Source: Thermoanaerobaculia bacterium (GTDB taxonomy: Bacteria > Acidobacteriota > Thermoanaerobaculia > Multivoradales > Multivoraceae). Taken from it: a stretch of 64,000 nucleotides of DNA. The position numbers and the translations under genes were made by a program. Of this stretch, positions 20,081 to 28,960 are shown piece after piece (positions within the stretch are counted from its first letter, which is position 1; every line of letters starts with the position of its first letter). A model generated the notes under the pieces. It saw only the letters and a list, made by a program, of their open reading frames with translations. It did no database searches and had not been told where the DNA came from. The stretch is from NCBI GenBank assembly GCA_963664405.1, contig OY761158.1:4256001-4320000 (forward strand), read 5' to 3'.

Positions 20081-21324
20081 GCAATACCAAGTCTGCGCCG
20101 GACCTCGTAGAGGAGCTCTCCACCGGCCGAATCGGCTTCCATCAGCTGCCTGGTGAGCTCGACGTCGAGAGCGCCGCCGAGCTACGGCGCCGCTCTCTCG
20201 AAGAGACCACAGGCGCTCGGCTGGAGCACATCTCTCACTACAGCTTCGACATCGAAAGAGCTGCGAGTCGTAACTGCGAGAATCTAATTGGCGTTGCACA
20301 GATTCCGATGGGTATTGTCGGTCCTGTTCGGGTCCGTGGCGAGCACATCGACGAGGAAGTGGCGGTGCCTTTGGCGACGACCGAGGGTGCGCTTCTGGCC
20401 AGCGTCAACCGCGGCTGCGCTGCGATCCGTCGCGCCGGCGGAGCCGTGGTTCAGGTCGAAGACGTTGGCATGACTCGAGCGCCGGTATTCCGGACCGAGA
20501 ATCTTTCTGAGACGCGCTCCTTTCTCAACTGGGTTCGCTCTCACGAGGAAGAGATGAGAGAACTGGCGCCGGGCACGAGTCGCTTCTTGCGCCTGGTGGA
20601 GATCCGAACCCAGGCGATCGCTACCACGGTTTTTATTCGCTTTCGATTCGAGACCGGGGATGCGATGGGGATGAATATGGTCACCATCGCCTGTGATCGC
20701 TTGGTGAGCGAACTGATAACCCCCCAGACCGGTGTGCCTTGTATCGCTCTTTCGGGGAACCTCTGCGTCGACAAGAAGCCATCGGCGGTCGGTTTTCAGG
20801 AGGGGCGCGGCAAACGTATTCGGGTCGAGGTAGAGCTCGGTCCTGAGGTTCTCGGCCGTACCCTGAAATCGAATGCCGAGGCACTGGTGGAGGTGCAATA
20901 CCGTAAGAACTTGTTGGGCTCGATCATGGCTGGGTCGATGGGCTACAACGCCCAGGTCGCCAACGTTCTCTCGGCTCTCTTCATCGCTACCGGGCAAGAC
21001 CTCGCGCATGTCGTCGAAGGCTCGATGTCGGTGACCACCATCGAGCGTCGTGGCGACGGTGTTCTCTTTTCGGTCTACCTTCCCGACGTTCCTCTCGCGG
21101 CGATCGGAGGCGGTACCGGTCTCGCGACCCAGCAAGAGGCTCTTGCCATCATGGGCATCCGACCCGACCCGACCCGACCAGGCGCCGCGGTGCTCAAATT
21201 CGCTGAGATCGTCGGCGCGGTGGTGCTGGCAGGCGAAGTTTCGCTGATGGCGGCCTTCACGTCTCAGGATCTCGCCAGCGCCCACGAGAAACTAGCGCGC
21301 GGGGGCGAGAAGCCAGGAGCTTGA
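20077..21324 (+). CDS. hmgA: Class I (NADPH) HMG-CoA reductase
   Basis: CENLIG, ATTEGAL, GDAMGMNM, SGNLCVDKK, GQDLAHVVE, GGGT. Confidence 0.93.
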   Translation: MSNTKSAPDLVEELSTGRIGFHQLPGELDVESAAELRRRSLEETTGARLEHISHYSFDIERAASRNCENLIGVAQIPMGIVGPVRVRGEHIDEEVAVPLATTEGALLASVNRGCAAIRRAGGAVVQVEDVGMTRAPVFRTENLSETRSFLNWVRSHEEEMRELAPGTSRFLRLVEIRTQAIATTVFIRFRFETGDAMGMNMVTIACDRLVSELITPQTGVPCIALSGNLCVDKKPSAVGFQEGRGKRIRVEVELGPEVLGRTLKSNAEALVEVQYRKNLLGSIMAGSMGYNAQVANVLSALFIATGQDLAHVVEGSMSVTTIERRGDGVLFSVYLPDVPLAAIGGGTGLATQQEALAIMGIRPDPTRPGAAVLKFAEIVGAVVLAGEVSLMAAFTSQDLASAHEKLARGGEKPGA

Positions 21325-22415
21325 GCTCGATCGAGACCTCTGCTCCGGGCAAGATCATCCTTGCCGGCGAGCATTCCGCCGTCTACGGTCGTCCCGCCTT
21401 GGTTGCGGCGCTGAACCTTCGCCTGCGCGTCATCCTCGAAGAAAGGCGCGAGCCCGGTGTCGCGGTCATCTTGCCCGAGCTCGGCTACCAAGGCGAGGTG
21501 TCCTGCCCTGATCTGCGAGAGTATGCCGGGGCGGTTCGTCGCCGCTGGCTCGACTTCGAGCGCGATCCTTCACCGGCTGCTTTTCACCGCTTGCGAGGGC
21601 GGGATCCGGCGCACTTGGTCAAGGTCGCGCTGGGCGAGATCTTGGCTGGTGCACCCCAGGCGGATCCGGGCTGGCGGCTGAGCGTGGATTCGGATCTCTC
21701 GGTCGGGTGCGGTATGGGCAGCTCGGCTGCGCTGGCTGCAGCGGTGACTCTTGCGGCTCTCCTGGCCCTGGGTGTCGAAGTCTCCTCTGACCAATTGGGC
21801 GACCTCGTGCTCGATGCTGAGCGGCGTCAGCACGGTTCTCCCTCCGGGGTCGACGGGGCGGTGGTGCTGCGCGGAGGAGTCGTCTGGGCGGAGCGGCGAG
21901 AAAGTGGCGAGCTCGATCTCGAAGACGTGGACGCGGGCGCCGCAGGCGTCTTGGGCGACCTGGTCATTGTCAATACCGGCGCCCCGGCTCAGACGACCGG
22001 AGAAGTGGTGGCGTCGGTGCGCGAGCTCCATGACCGGGATCCCGCAGTTTTCGCTGCCACTCTCGACCGTCTCGAAGAGGCTGCCAGAGAGCTGCGTCGG
22101 GGTCTCGAGCAGAACCAGGGGAGCACGGTCGCGGCCGCGCTGACCGAGGCAGAGAGGGGACTCGAGACCCTCGGCGTGGTGCCGGCCGAGGTGATCGAGA
22201 GGATCCGGCGAGTCGAGGGTGCGGGAGGCGCTGCTAAGGTGTCTGGCGCGGGGGCCATTGCCGGTTCTGGTGCTGGATGTCTGGTGGTCTATCATCCTGA
22301 CCCGAGCGCGGATCTCGGCGGTCTACTGCCGGGCGCCGGCGTAGTGCCGGCGGCGCTGGGAGCCGCCGGAGCCGCCGCACTTGGAGCTATCGGGGTCAGT
22401 GGGGGTCTTTCATGA
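21321..22415 (+). CDS. mvk: Mevalonate kinase
   Basis: APGKIILAGEHSAVYG, GCGMGSSAA, HGSPSGVD, KVSGAG. Confidence 0.9.
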   Translation: MSSIETSAPGKIILAGEHSAVYGRPALVAALNLRLRVILEERREPGVAVILPELGYQGEVSCPDLREYAGAVRRRWLDFERDPSPAAFHRLRGRDPAHLVKVALGEILAGAPQADPGWRLSVDSDLSVGCGMGSSAALAAAVTLAALLALGVEVSSDQLGDLVLDAERRQHGSPSGVDGAVVLRGGVVWAERRESGELDLEDVDAGAAGVLGDLVIVNTGAPAQTTGEVVASVRELHDRDPAVFAATLDRLEEAARELRRGLEQNQGSTVAAALTEAERGLETLGVVPAEVIERIRRVEGAGGAAKVSGAGAIAGSGAGCLVVYHPDPSADLGGLLPGAGVVPAALGAAGAAALGAIGVSGGLS

Positions 22416-23413
22416 AGGTCAGTATCGAAGCACCTTCGAATATCGCTTTTATAAAGTACTGGGGGGCGAAGGACCTGGAGCGCGCGATCCCGTGGCACCC
22501 CTCTATTTCGATGAGTCTCGACCGCTGCCGTTCACAGTGTTCGGTGGAGTTCCTCGACGGGGCCGAGGGCGAAGATGAGGTCTGGTTGGCCGACGGTAGC
22601 GGCAGGCTGGAGGACCCCGGGCCCGCGTTCCGTGCCCGAGCACTGGCGCATCTCGACCGATTGCGAGTCTATTGCCGCAGAAGAGGTCGCTTTGTGGTCG
22701 GAACTCGGAACACCTTTCCCAGTGCCGCCGGCATCGCCTCTTCGGCATCCGGCTTCGCGGCTCTGACGATTGCGGCGCTTGGCGCTATGGAGCACCCCGC
22801 TGACGAAAGAGAGTTGTCGATCCTGGCGCGGCGAAGCGGCTCAGGGTCGGCCGCTCGATCGGTTCTGGGAGGCTTTGTCGAGTGGCCCAAGGGCGAGGCC
22901 GAGGAGGACTGCTTCGCCGTCTCGCTGGCGGGCGCCGAGCACTGGGATCTCTGCGATGTGGTCGCGGTCGTCGAGAGCGGGCCGAAGAAGGTCTCTTCTC
23001 TGGAAGGCCATGCGCGGGCAAGTACGAGCCCCTACTACGAGCGTCGCCGCGAGCTGGTGGTGGGGCGGCTGGAGCGGACTCGGGAGGCCCTGTGTCGACG
23101 AGACTTCCAGCTGCTTGGCAGCACCCTGGAAGAGGACAGCATCGACATGCATCTCATCATGATGTCTTCCTCGCCGCCGATCTTCTATTGGAGCCCAGCG
23201 ACCTTGCGGGTTCTGGAGCGGGTACGGAGCCTGCGCGATGAGGGCGTCCCGGCCTTCGCGACAAACGACGCGGGCGCCAACGTTCACGTCATCTGTGCCA
23301 GCTTGGACGAAGCGGCCGTAGCGGCGGCGCTCGCCGCTCTGCCCGGTGTAGAGCGCACCATCCGAGATCGGGTGGGGCAGGGACCGCGACCGCTCGAAAC
23401 TCCTCTCATCTAG
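22412..23413 (+). CDS. mvaD: (Di)phosphomevalonate decarboxylase, probably the mevalonate-5-phosphate type
   Basis: APSNIAFIKYWG, GIASSASG, RRSGSGSAARS, DAGANVH. Confidence 0.9.
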   Translation: MKVSIEAPSNIAFIKYWGAKDLERAIPWHPSISMSLDRCRSQCSVEFLDGAEGEDEVWLADGSGRLEDPGPAFRARALAHLDRLRVYCRRRGRFVVGTRNTFPSAAGIASSASGFAALTIAALGAMEHPADERELSILARRSGSGSAARSVLGGFVEWPKGEAEEDCFAVSLAGAEHWDLCDVVAVVESGPKKVSSLEGHARASTSPYYERRRELVVGRLERTREALCRRDFQLLGSTLEEDSIDMHLIMMSSSPPIFYWSPATLRVLERVRSLRDEGVPAFATNDAGANVHVICASLDEAAVAAALAALPGVERTIRDRVGQGPRPLETPLI

Positions 23414-23422
23414 AGATCACTT

Positions 23423-24220
23423 GTGGCCATCGTCGTCAAGCTGGGCGGAAGCCTGATCACCGACAAGTCGCGTCCGTCGGCCCTACGCCGTGACGTTCTC
23501 GGTCGAATTGTGGAAGAGATCGCCGCCGCGCTGCCGCGGATGAAAGAAGGGTTGATCTTGTCCCATGGCAGCGGCTCCTTTGGTCACGTCGCGGCGGCTG
23601 CACATCGGATTCAGGAGGGTGTCTCCGAAGAGTCTCAGCTAATCGGAGTCGCTGAGACTCAATTCCAGGCTCATGGCCTGCATCGTCTCGTTGTCGAGGC
23701 ACTTTGCAACGCCGGGGTTGCGGCCTTTTCACTGGCCCCATCCAGTTTTCTGGTCGCCGAGGGCGGCATTCCGACGGCGCCGTCGGTCGAACCGCTTCTG
23801 CTCGCGCTCGAGCTCGGTTTGGTGCCCGTTATCTTTGGCGATGTCGTCATGGACCGAGGGCGGGGAGCTTCGATCAGCTCGACAGAGGCGGTCATCGGCG
23901 CCTTGGAGGCGCCTCTTCGCGATGCGGGTCGAGCGATGAGTCTGGTGCTCTGGGCGGGAGCGACGGAAGGCGTGCTTGACCGCAGCGGTGACACAGTCCG
24001 TGCTCTTCACTCCGCTAACCTCGACGAAGTGCTGGCCAGTGCCCAGGGTGCAGCCGGCGAGGACGTGACCGGAGGCATGCGTCTTCGGATCGAAAGCGCA
24101 TGGCGGCTGGCACTGTGTGGAGTGCCTTCTTTGATCCTCAACGGGCTTCGTCCGGGTCGACTGGAGAGTGCTCTGGCTGGAGAGGCCGTTCCCGGAACTC
24201 GTGTCGAGACGCCATCATGA
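23423..24220 (+). CDS. ipk: Isopentenyl phosphate kinase
   Basis: VKLGGSLITDK, HGSGSFGH (IPK signature His), DVTGGM; inside the mevalonate operon. Confidence 0.9.
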   Translation: MAIVVKLGGSLITDKSRPSALRRDVLGRIVEEIAAALPRMKEGLILSHGSGSFGHVAAAAHRIQEGVSEESQLIGVAETQFQAHGLHRLVVEALCNAGVAAFSLAPSSFLVAEGGIPTAPSVEPLLLALELGLVPVIFGDVVMDRGRGASISSTEAVIGALEAPLRDAGRAMSLVLWAGATEGVLDRSGDTVRALHSANLDEVLASAQGAAGEDVTGGMRLRIESAWRLALCGVPSLILNGLRPGRLESALAGEAVPGTRVETPS

Positions 24221-25176
24221 GTGCGACCCGAGACGCGATCGTACTGGTAGACTCCCGATCTCATTCGATGGCCGATCTCGACGACCTCCTGGTCAGCACC
24301 AGCCGTACTTTTGCGGTCTCGATCCCGCTGTTGCCCGAGCCGACGCGCCGGGAGGTGACGATTGCCTATCTGCTGTTTCGCATCGCGGACACCTTCGAGG
24401 ATGCGTCGCATTGGCCTCGAGAGAGTCGCATCGAGGCACTGAGAAGCTTTGTCGAGCTACTCGACTCGAGCGATTCCGAGGCAATGGCGGAGGCAGCTCG
24501 GGGTTGGGTGGATATGGGGCCGTCAGCTCATGAGGGCTACGTCGATCTCCTCGGTGCACTGCCCGAGGTTCTTGGCGCCTTTCATGAGCTGGCGGAGGCG
24601 GCCCAGGCCACGATCCATGACCACACCGTGCGGACCGCACTCGGCATGGCGGACTTCGTCGCCCGCACTTCAGAAGACGGAGTTCTTCTACTTCGCGACC
24701 TCAAAGACCTTCAGGGCTATTGCTACGTGGTCGCCGGCATTGTTGGTGAGATGCTCACTTCTCTTTTTGTTCGCGATCGGCTGAGCCTCGCTTCCGCCGG
24801 CGGCTACCTCGAGGCTCGCGCGGCGCGATTCGGTGAGGCGCTCCAGCTGGTGAACATCCTCAAAGATTCGGCCGATGACTTGCTCGAAGGGCGTAGCTAT
24901 CTGCCTGCCGGAGTCGATCGTCTAGAGGTCTTTCGCCTTGCGAGAGAAGACCTGGAGGCCGCGACCGAATATGTCCGCGCGCTTCAGCGAGCCGGTGCCC
25001 CCAGGGGTTTCGTCGCCTTCACCGCTCTCCCGGTGCTGCTTGCCCGCGCAACTCTGGATCGCGTCGAGGAGGCCGGCCCCGGCGCCAAGCTTAGTCGGCC
25101 GGAAGTCGCCGTCATCGTGCAACAGATGAACCAAGACCTGGATCATGATCGTCCAGCGATAGAGGAGATGAAGTGA
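24217..25176 (+). CDS. Squalene synthase (single-enzyme farnesyl-diphosphate farnesyltransferase type)
   Basis: SRTFAVSI, YLLFRIADTFED, YCYVVAGIVGEML, LQLVNILKD, EGRSYLP. Confidence 0.85.
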   Translation: MSATRDAIVLVDSRSHSMADLDDLLVSTSRTFAVSIPLLPEPTRREVTIAYLLFRIADTFEDASHWPRESRIEALRSFVELLDSSDSEAMAEAARGWVDMGPSAHEGYVDLLGALPEVLGAFHELAEAAQATIHDHTVRTALGMADFVARTSEDGVLLLRDLKDLQGYCYVVAGIVGEMLTSLFVRDRLSLASAGGYLEARAARFGEALQLVNILKDSADDLLEGRSYLPAGVDRLEVFRLAREDLEAATEYVRALQRAGAPRGFVAFTALPVLLARATLDRVEEAGPGAKLSRPEVAVIVQQMNQDLDHDRPAIEEMK

Positions 25177-25880
25177 GTTCGAGTCCGCGCCCCGAGTTTC
25201 TCTACCTCGGTCACTCCACCGTTCAATGCACTCTTCCGGGTGGGGAAGTCGTGCTGATCGATCCCTGGGTCGGCCAGAATCCGGCCTGCCCGCCAGAGCT
25301 CGAGAATCTCGAGCGCATCGATGCAATGCTGATCACTCATGCCCACTTCGACCACATTGGTGACGCGGTCGAGTTGGCGAAGAAGCATCGCCCAAAGAAA
25401 GTGGTTGCCTGCTATGAGGTCTGTGAGTGGCTGGAGTCGCAGGGTGTGGAGAACTGTGCCGGAATGAACCTTGGCGGTTCTCAGGACGTGCTCGGCGCGC
25501 GTGTGACCATGGTACGTGCCGATCATTCGTCGGGGGGTGGCGCCGTCGGCTATGGTGCTGTTGCGTCCGGCTACATTGTTCGTCTTCCGGAGGGCTACAC
25601 CTTCTATCATGCCGGCGACACGGCCCTGTTCTCGGACATGGAGCTCTTCGCCGAGCTCTATCGCCCCGAGTTGGCCTTCCTCCCCATTGGCGATCTGTTC
25701 ACCATGGACCCCGAACAGGCCGCTCTCGCCTGCCGGCTACTCGGTGTTTCGGTCGTGATCCCGGTGCACCACAGCACCTTTCCACTTCTGACCGGAACGC
25801 CCGAGCAGCTCGTTTCGTGCCTTCAAGACCGCGGTATCAACGCCAAGGTGGTGGCTCTGAGGCCCGGCGACACCTACTAG
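25173..25880 (+). CDS. Metallo-beta-lactamase fold metal-dependent hydrolase (UPF0173-like)
   Basis: YLGHS, THAHFDH, YHAGDT, LPIGD, IPVHH. Confidence 0.88.
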   Translation: MSSSPRPEFLYLGHSTVQCTLPGGEVVLIDPWVGQNPACPPELENLERIDAMLITHAHFDHIGDAVELAKKHRPKKVVACYEVCEWLESQGVENCAGMNLGGSQDVLGARVTMVRADHSSGGGAVGYGAVASGYIVRLPEGYTFYHAGDTALFSDMELFAELYRPELAFLPIGDLFTMDPEQAALACRLLGVSVVIPVHHSTFPLLTGTPEQLVSCLQDRGINAKVVALRPGDTY

Positions 25881-26042
25881 ACCAGCGTTTCCAAAGTTCG
25901 CGCACATATCTCGGGCCCTTCTGCCCGCTGGCGTCGTTTCGCCTCCTCGACATATTTCCCAATATGCCTGCGTCAGCGCGCCTAGCCAGCGAACAGAATG
26001 ACCTCGAGCTATGCGGCACGAACTTTGGAAACGCTGGTCTAG
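25877..26042. repeat. Family A element, copy A3
   Basis: 24-bp perfect IR CTAGACCAGCGTTTCCAAAGTTCG; starts on the hydrolase TAG. Confidence 0.93.
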
Positions 26043-26207
26043 TGGACCGTAACACTCGAACGTTTAGTGGCTGAGTGAGTCATTCGTGGTCGAGATCAAG
26101 GCGCGCTGACGCAGGCATAGCCGGGGACTATGTCGAGGAAGCGTAACGCAGAGATCGGCCGCGAGGGCCGCTCAGGCGCTAAACGTTTGGGTGTTACGGT
26201 CTACTAG
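26039..26207. repeat. Family A element, copy A4 (inverted, different IRs, shares its CTAG with A3)
   Basis: IRs CTAGTGGACCGTAACACTCGAACGTTTAG / CTAAACGTTTGGGTGTTACGGTCTACTAG; core AAGGCGCGCTGACGCAGGCATAG..CTATGTCGAGGAAGCGTAACGC. Confidence 0.85.
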
Positions 26208-26237
26208 CCGGTCCACGCCCTGTGAGACAATGGGCTC

Positions 26238-26906
26238 GTGCCTACAAGCACGGTAGAGGACTATTTGAAGTGCATCCTCGCTCAGCAAGAGCGGGACCCG
26301 GGGACGTTGGTCACCATGGGGCAGATCGGTTCCGCCTTGGGCGTCGCGCCGGGTACGGTGACGGCGATGGTGAAGACTCTCGCCGAGAGCGGCCTCTTGT
26401 CCTACGAGCCCTACTCGGGCGTTCGTCTGAACGAAGCAGGAGAGAGTCTGGCCGCTCACGTCTTGAGACGTCACCGTCTGATCGAGCTCTTCCTGGTCGA
26501 GAAGATGGGGCTCGACTGGAGCGAGGTTCACGAAGAGGCGGAGCTGCTCGAGCACGCGGTGTCGGAGAGGCTGATAGACCGGATCGACGAGATGCTCGGA
26601 GGGCCCGCGGTCGACCCCCACGGAGACCCGATCCCTAACCGGGCAGGCGAGATTGCCTCCACCGCGGCGACCAGCCTTCTGGCGTGCGCCGAGAAGCAGC
26701 CGCAGACGGTTGTGCGAGTGGGCGACCAGAGCGCTGAGTTTCTGCGCCTCCTCGAGGATAGAGGGCTGGTCCCTGGTAGCCGGATCGTGGTCGACTCGCG
26801 CAGCGAAGCGGCCGACAATGTCGAGCTCTCGAACAGCGAGGGGACACAGGTCAGCCTAGGCTTCCGTGCCGCTTCGAAAGTCTTCGTGCGCCCCTCACAG
26901 CCCTAG
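26238..26906 (+). CDS. DtxR/MntR-family metal-dependent transcriptional regulator
   Basis: EDYLKCI, HTH, RRHRLIELFL, HEEAELLEHAVS, DPHGDPIP, FeoA-like C-terminus. Confidence 0.93.
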   Translation: MPTSTVEDYLKCILAQQERDPGTLVTMGQIGSALGVAPGTVTAMVKTLAESGLLSYEPYSGVRLNEAGESLAAHVLRRHRLIELFLVEKMGLDWSEVHEEAELLEHAVSERLIDRIDEMLGGPAVDPHGDPIPNRAGEIASTAATSLLACAEKQPQTVVRVGDQSAEFLRLLEDRGLVPGSRIVVDSRSEAADNVELSNSEGTQVSLGFRAASKVFVRPSQP

Positions 26907-27248
26907 GCTCCAGAAATGATGGCTATCATTTCCTCCGCCTAGTTGTCTTTTGGCGCCGAGGACGGCGCACTCAGGCGTTGCTTCCTATTCGCTCCGGGAA
27001 ACGGCTCTGGCCGAATACTCGGACACGCTCCTAGCTTTCAGAAATGATGAATATCATTTCCGAAAGCTAGTTTCTGTTTGGCGCCGAGGACGGCGCACTT
27101 AGGCGTTGCTTCTTATTCGCTCTGGGAAACGGCTCTGTCGAGTACTCGGACACGCTCCTAGCCCTGGAAAACGCGCCTTCGGCCCGTTTTCCGGCCCATC
27201 CCCGCCTGAGAACTACTCGCCTGTCCGAATTCTCGGACAGGCTCCTAG
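26903..27248 (+). repeat. Family B array B2: two full units plus remnants
   Basis: CTAG at 26903, 27031, 27158 and 27245; same hairpin and GGCGCCGAGGACGGCGCACT core; units end TCGGACACGCTCCTAG. Confidence 0.9.
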
Positions 27249-28163
27249 CCTTGCGCTGACCAGGAGCCTGGCTCTCGTCCATGGCCCCAGGCGAGGTGGC
27301 TGCGCTTCCAAAGGCCCAGCCTCGACCCTCTTCGCCACCTCGAGAGCGGCTGCGAGCAGAAAGCGAGCGGCCGGCCGAAATCTCGACGGAAGCTCCCCGA
27401 GCTCTGGGTGACTCGCAACCGTCCTTCGGATGCCTTGGCTCACCTCGATGAGAGCTTGGCCGGAGGGCTCGGTCGAAGCCGTCGGCTCCTCTCGCGGGGC
27501 AAGCAGCGAGTGGGTTTGCGCAAGAGCTAAGGCGATCTCCTCGAGTGATGGATCGAGAGCTCCGAAGAGAGCCTGCGCTCCAGCCTGGAAGAGGCGTACC
27601 AGCTCCTCTTCGCCCGTGGCGGCGCCGCGGGTGGAGTCGGCCGAGATCCGCATACGGGCGATCGAGGCGAGCTCGTCGAAGGCCTCGCGGGGCCAGGGTC
27701 GCTCTCGTTCCAGCGCGGCCATCGCGACGAAGATCGGTTGGCCCGGAGGCTGGCCGTCGAAAGACTGCTCGAGTGCGTACTGCCAGCGATTGATCTGGGC
27801 GAGACGCTCGCCCTCGAGACCGGGGTCGTTGGCGAAGTCGAGAAGGGTTCTCGTCCAGGCCAGAAGGGCGCGTACTCGCAAACGCTCGGTGTTAGGTAGC
27901 AGCAGCAGTGCTGGTGCCAGGTCTTGGAGCAGATGACGGCTGATCTCGCCGCATACGGCGCGGGCCCGCGCGAGATCGAAGTCGTCAGTGGGGGGCTGCA
28001 GCTGGTCGAAGCGAGAATGTTCGCTTCCCTGCGGCGGCAGAGGTCCGGCAATCGGTCTCTGCGGAGGAGCGTCGGTGGTCTCGCCCAAGAGTGAGACGAA
28101 ACGCTCAGGGCGTGCTGGGACCTTGCCTCTCGGCGCTCCCGAATCGGATCCCTGATCGCTCAT
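27213..28163 (-). CDS. Degenerate squalene/phytoene synthase-family protein
   Basis: N-terminal helix pattern (ALLLLP...RALLAWTRTLLDFAND, PIFVAM) resembles HpnC/HpnD/CrtB, but the DDxxD motifs are lost; 3' end runs into repeat B2. Confidence 0.6.
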   Translation of the reverse strand: MSDQGSDSGAPRGKVPARPERFVSLLGETTDAPPQRPIAGPLPPQGSEHSRFDQLQPPTDDFDLARARAVCGEISRHLLQDLAPALLLLPNTERLRVRALLAWTRTLLDFANDPGLEGERLAQINRWQYALEQSFDGQPPGQPIFVAMAALERERPWPREAFDELASIARMRISADSTRGAATGEEELVRLFQAGAQALFGALDPSLEEIALALAQTHSLLAPREEPTASTEPSGQALIEVSQGIRRTVASHPELGELPSRFRPAARFLLAAALEVAKRVEAGPLEAQPPRLGPWTRARLLVSARLGACPRIRTGE

Positions 28164-28209
28164 GATGTTTGTTGGGGCCGCTTTCTTGTTGAGTCGAGCC
28201 AAATCTAAG

Positions 28210-28224
28210 TGCACTATAAGTGCA
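28210..28224 (+). promoter_or_regulatory. Probable vapBC operator palindrome overlapping the -10 region
   Basis: TGCAC-TATAA-GTGCA abutting the vapB ATG. Confidence 0.5.
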
Positions 28225-28454
28225 TGGCAGTGAAAACGATCACTATCGACCTAGAGGCCTACGAGCTTCTCGCCCGACGGAAGCGGAAGGGCCAGTCTTT
28301 TTCCAAGGTGATCAAGGAACACTTCGGATCGCCAACCGGTGGCGATCTGATGACTATCGTCGACCGACTTGCCGTTGAAGAGACGGCTTTGGATGCCATG
28401 GACGAGATCATCGCGCGCCGACGCGAAGACCCCGCTCGATCCGCGGATCTGTGA
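28224..28454 (+). CDS. vapB: VapB-type antitoxin (KTITI..EAYE.L..K...SFS.VI family)
   Basis: [30 protein letters not shown]; GTGA overlap with the downstream PIN gene. Confidence 0.85.
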   Translation: MAVKTITIDLEAYELLARRKRKGQSFSKVIKEHFGSPTGGDLMTIVDRLAVEETALDAMDEIIARRREDPARSADL

Positions 28455-28855
28455 TCCATCTCGACACCAGCTTCATCGTCGATCTTGTGCGCGAGGCACA
28501 GCGTGGCGAAGGAGGCCCAGAGACTCGTCTGCTGCGCAGGCTCGAGAGCGAAGAGCTAGCCATAAGTACCTTTGTGCTCTGCGAGCTGAGGGCGGGGGCC
28601 GAGATGGCCCGAAACCCCATCTCCGAGCATGAGACGGTCGACCTGATTGAAGAGACGCTCTCGGTTGCGTCAGCCGACGTCTCCACGGCTGTGCACTACG
28701 GCCACAGTCTTGCGCTCCTCCGGCGACGAGGAGAGGTCATTGCGACAATGGACCTGCTGATTGCGTCAGTGAGCTTGGCGGCGGGAGCGTCTCTTGTCAC
28801 CCGCAATCGAAAGCACTTCGATCGCGTGCCTGGCCTGAAGTTGATCGACTACTGA
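28451..28855 (+). CDS. vapC: VapC PIN-domain toxin
   Basis: [34 protein letters not shown]. Confidence 0.92.
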   Translation: MIHLDTSFIVDLVREAQRGEGGPETRLLRRLESEELAISTFVLCELRAGAEMARNPISEHETVDLIEETLSVASADVSTAVHYGHSLALLRRRGEVIATMDLLIASVSLAAGASLVTRNRKHFDRVPGLKLIDY

Positions 28856-28960
28856 TCCGCTCGGAGCCTGCGCGGCAGGAAACGAAACCGGGGACGCGGT
28901 GCCGCGGCTCGGTACGCTGCGACGGCCGGCTCTAAGGCTTGCAGAATCGGTCTTTACCGT

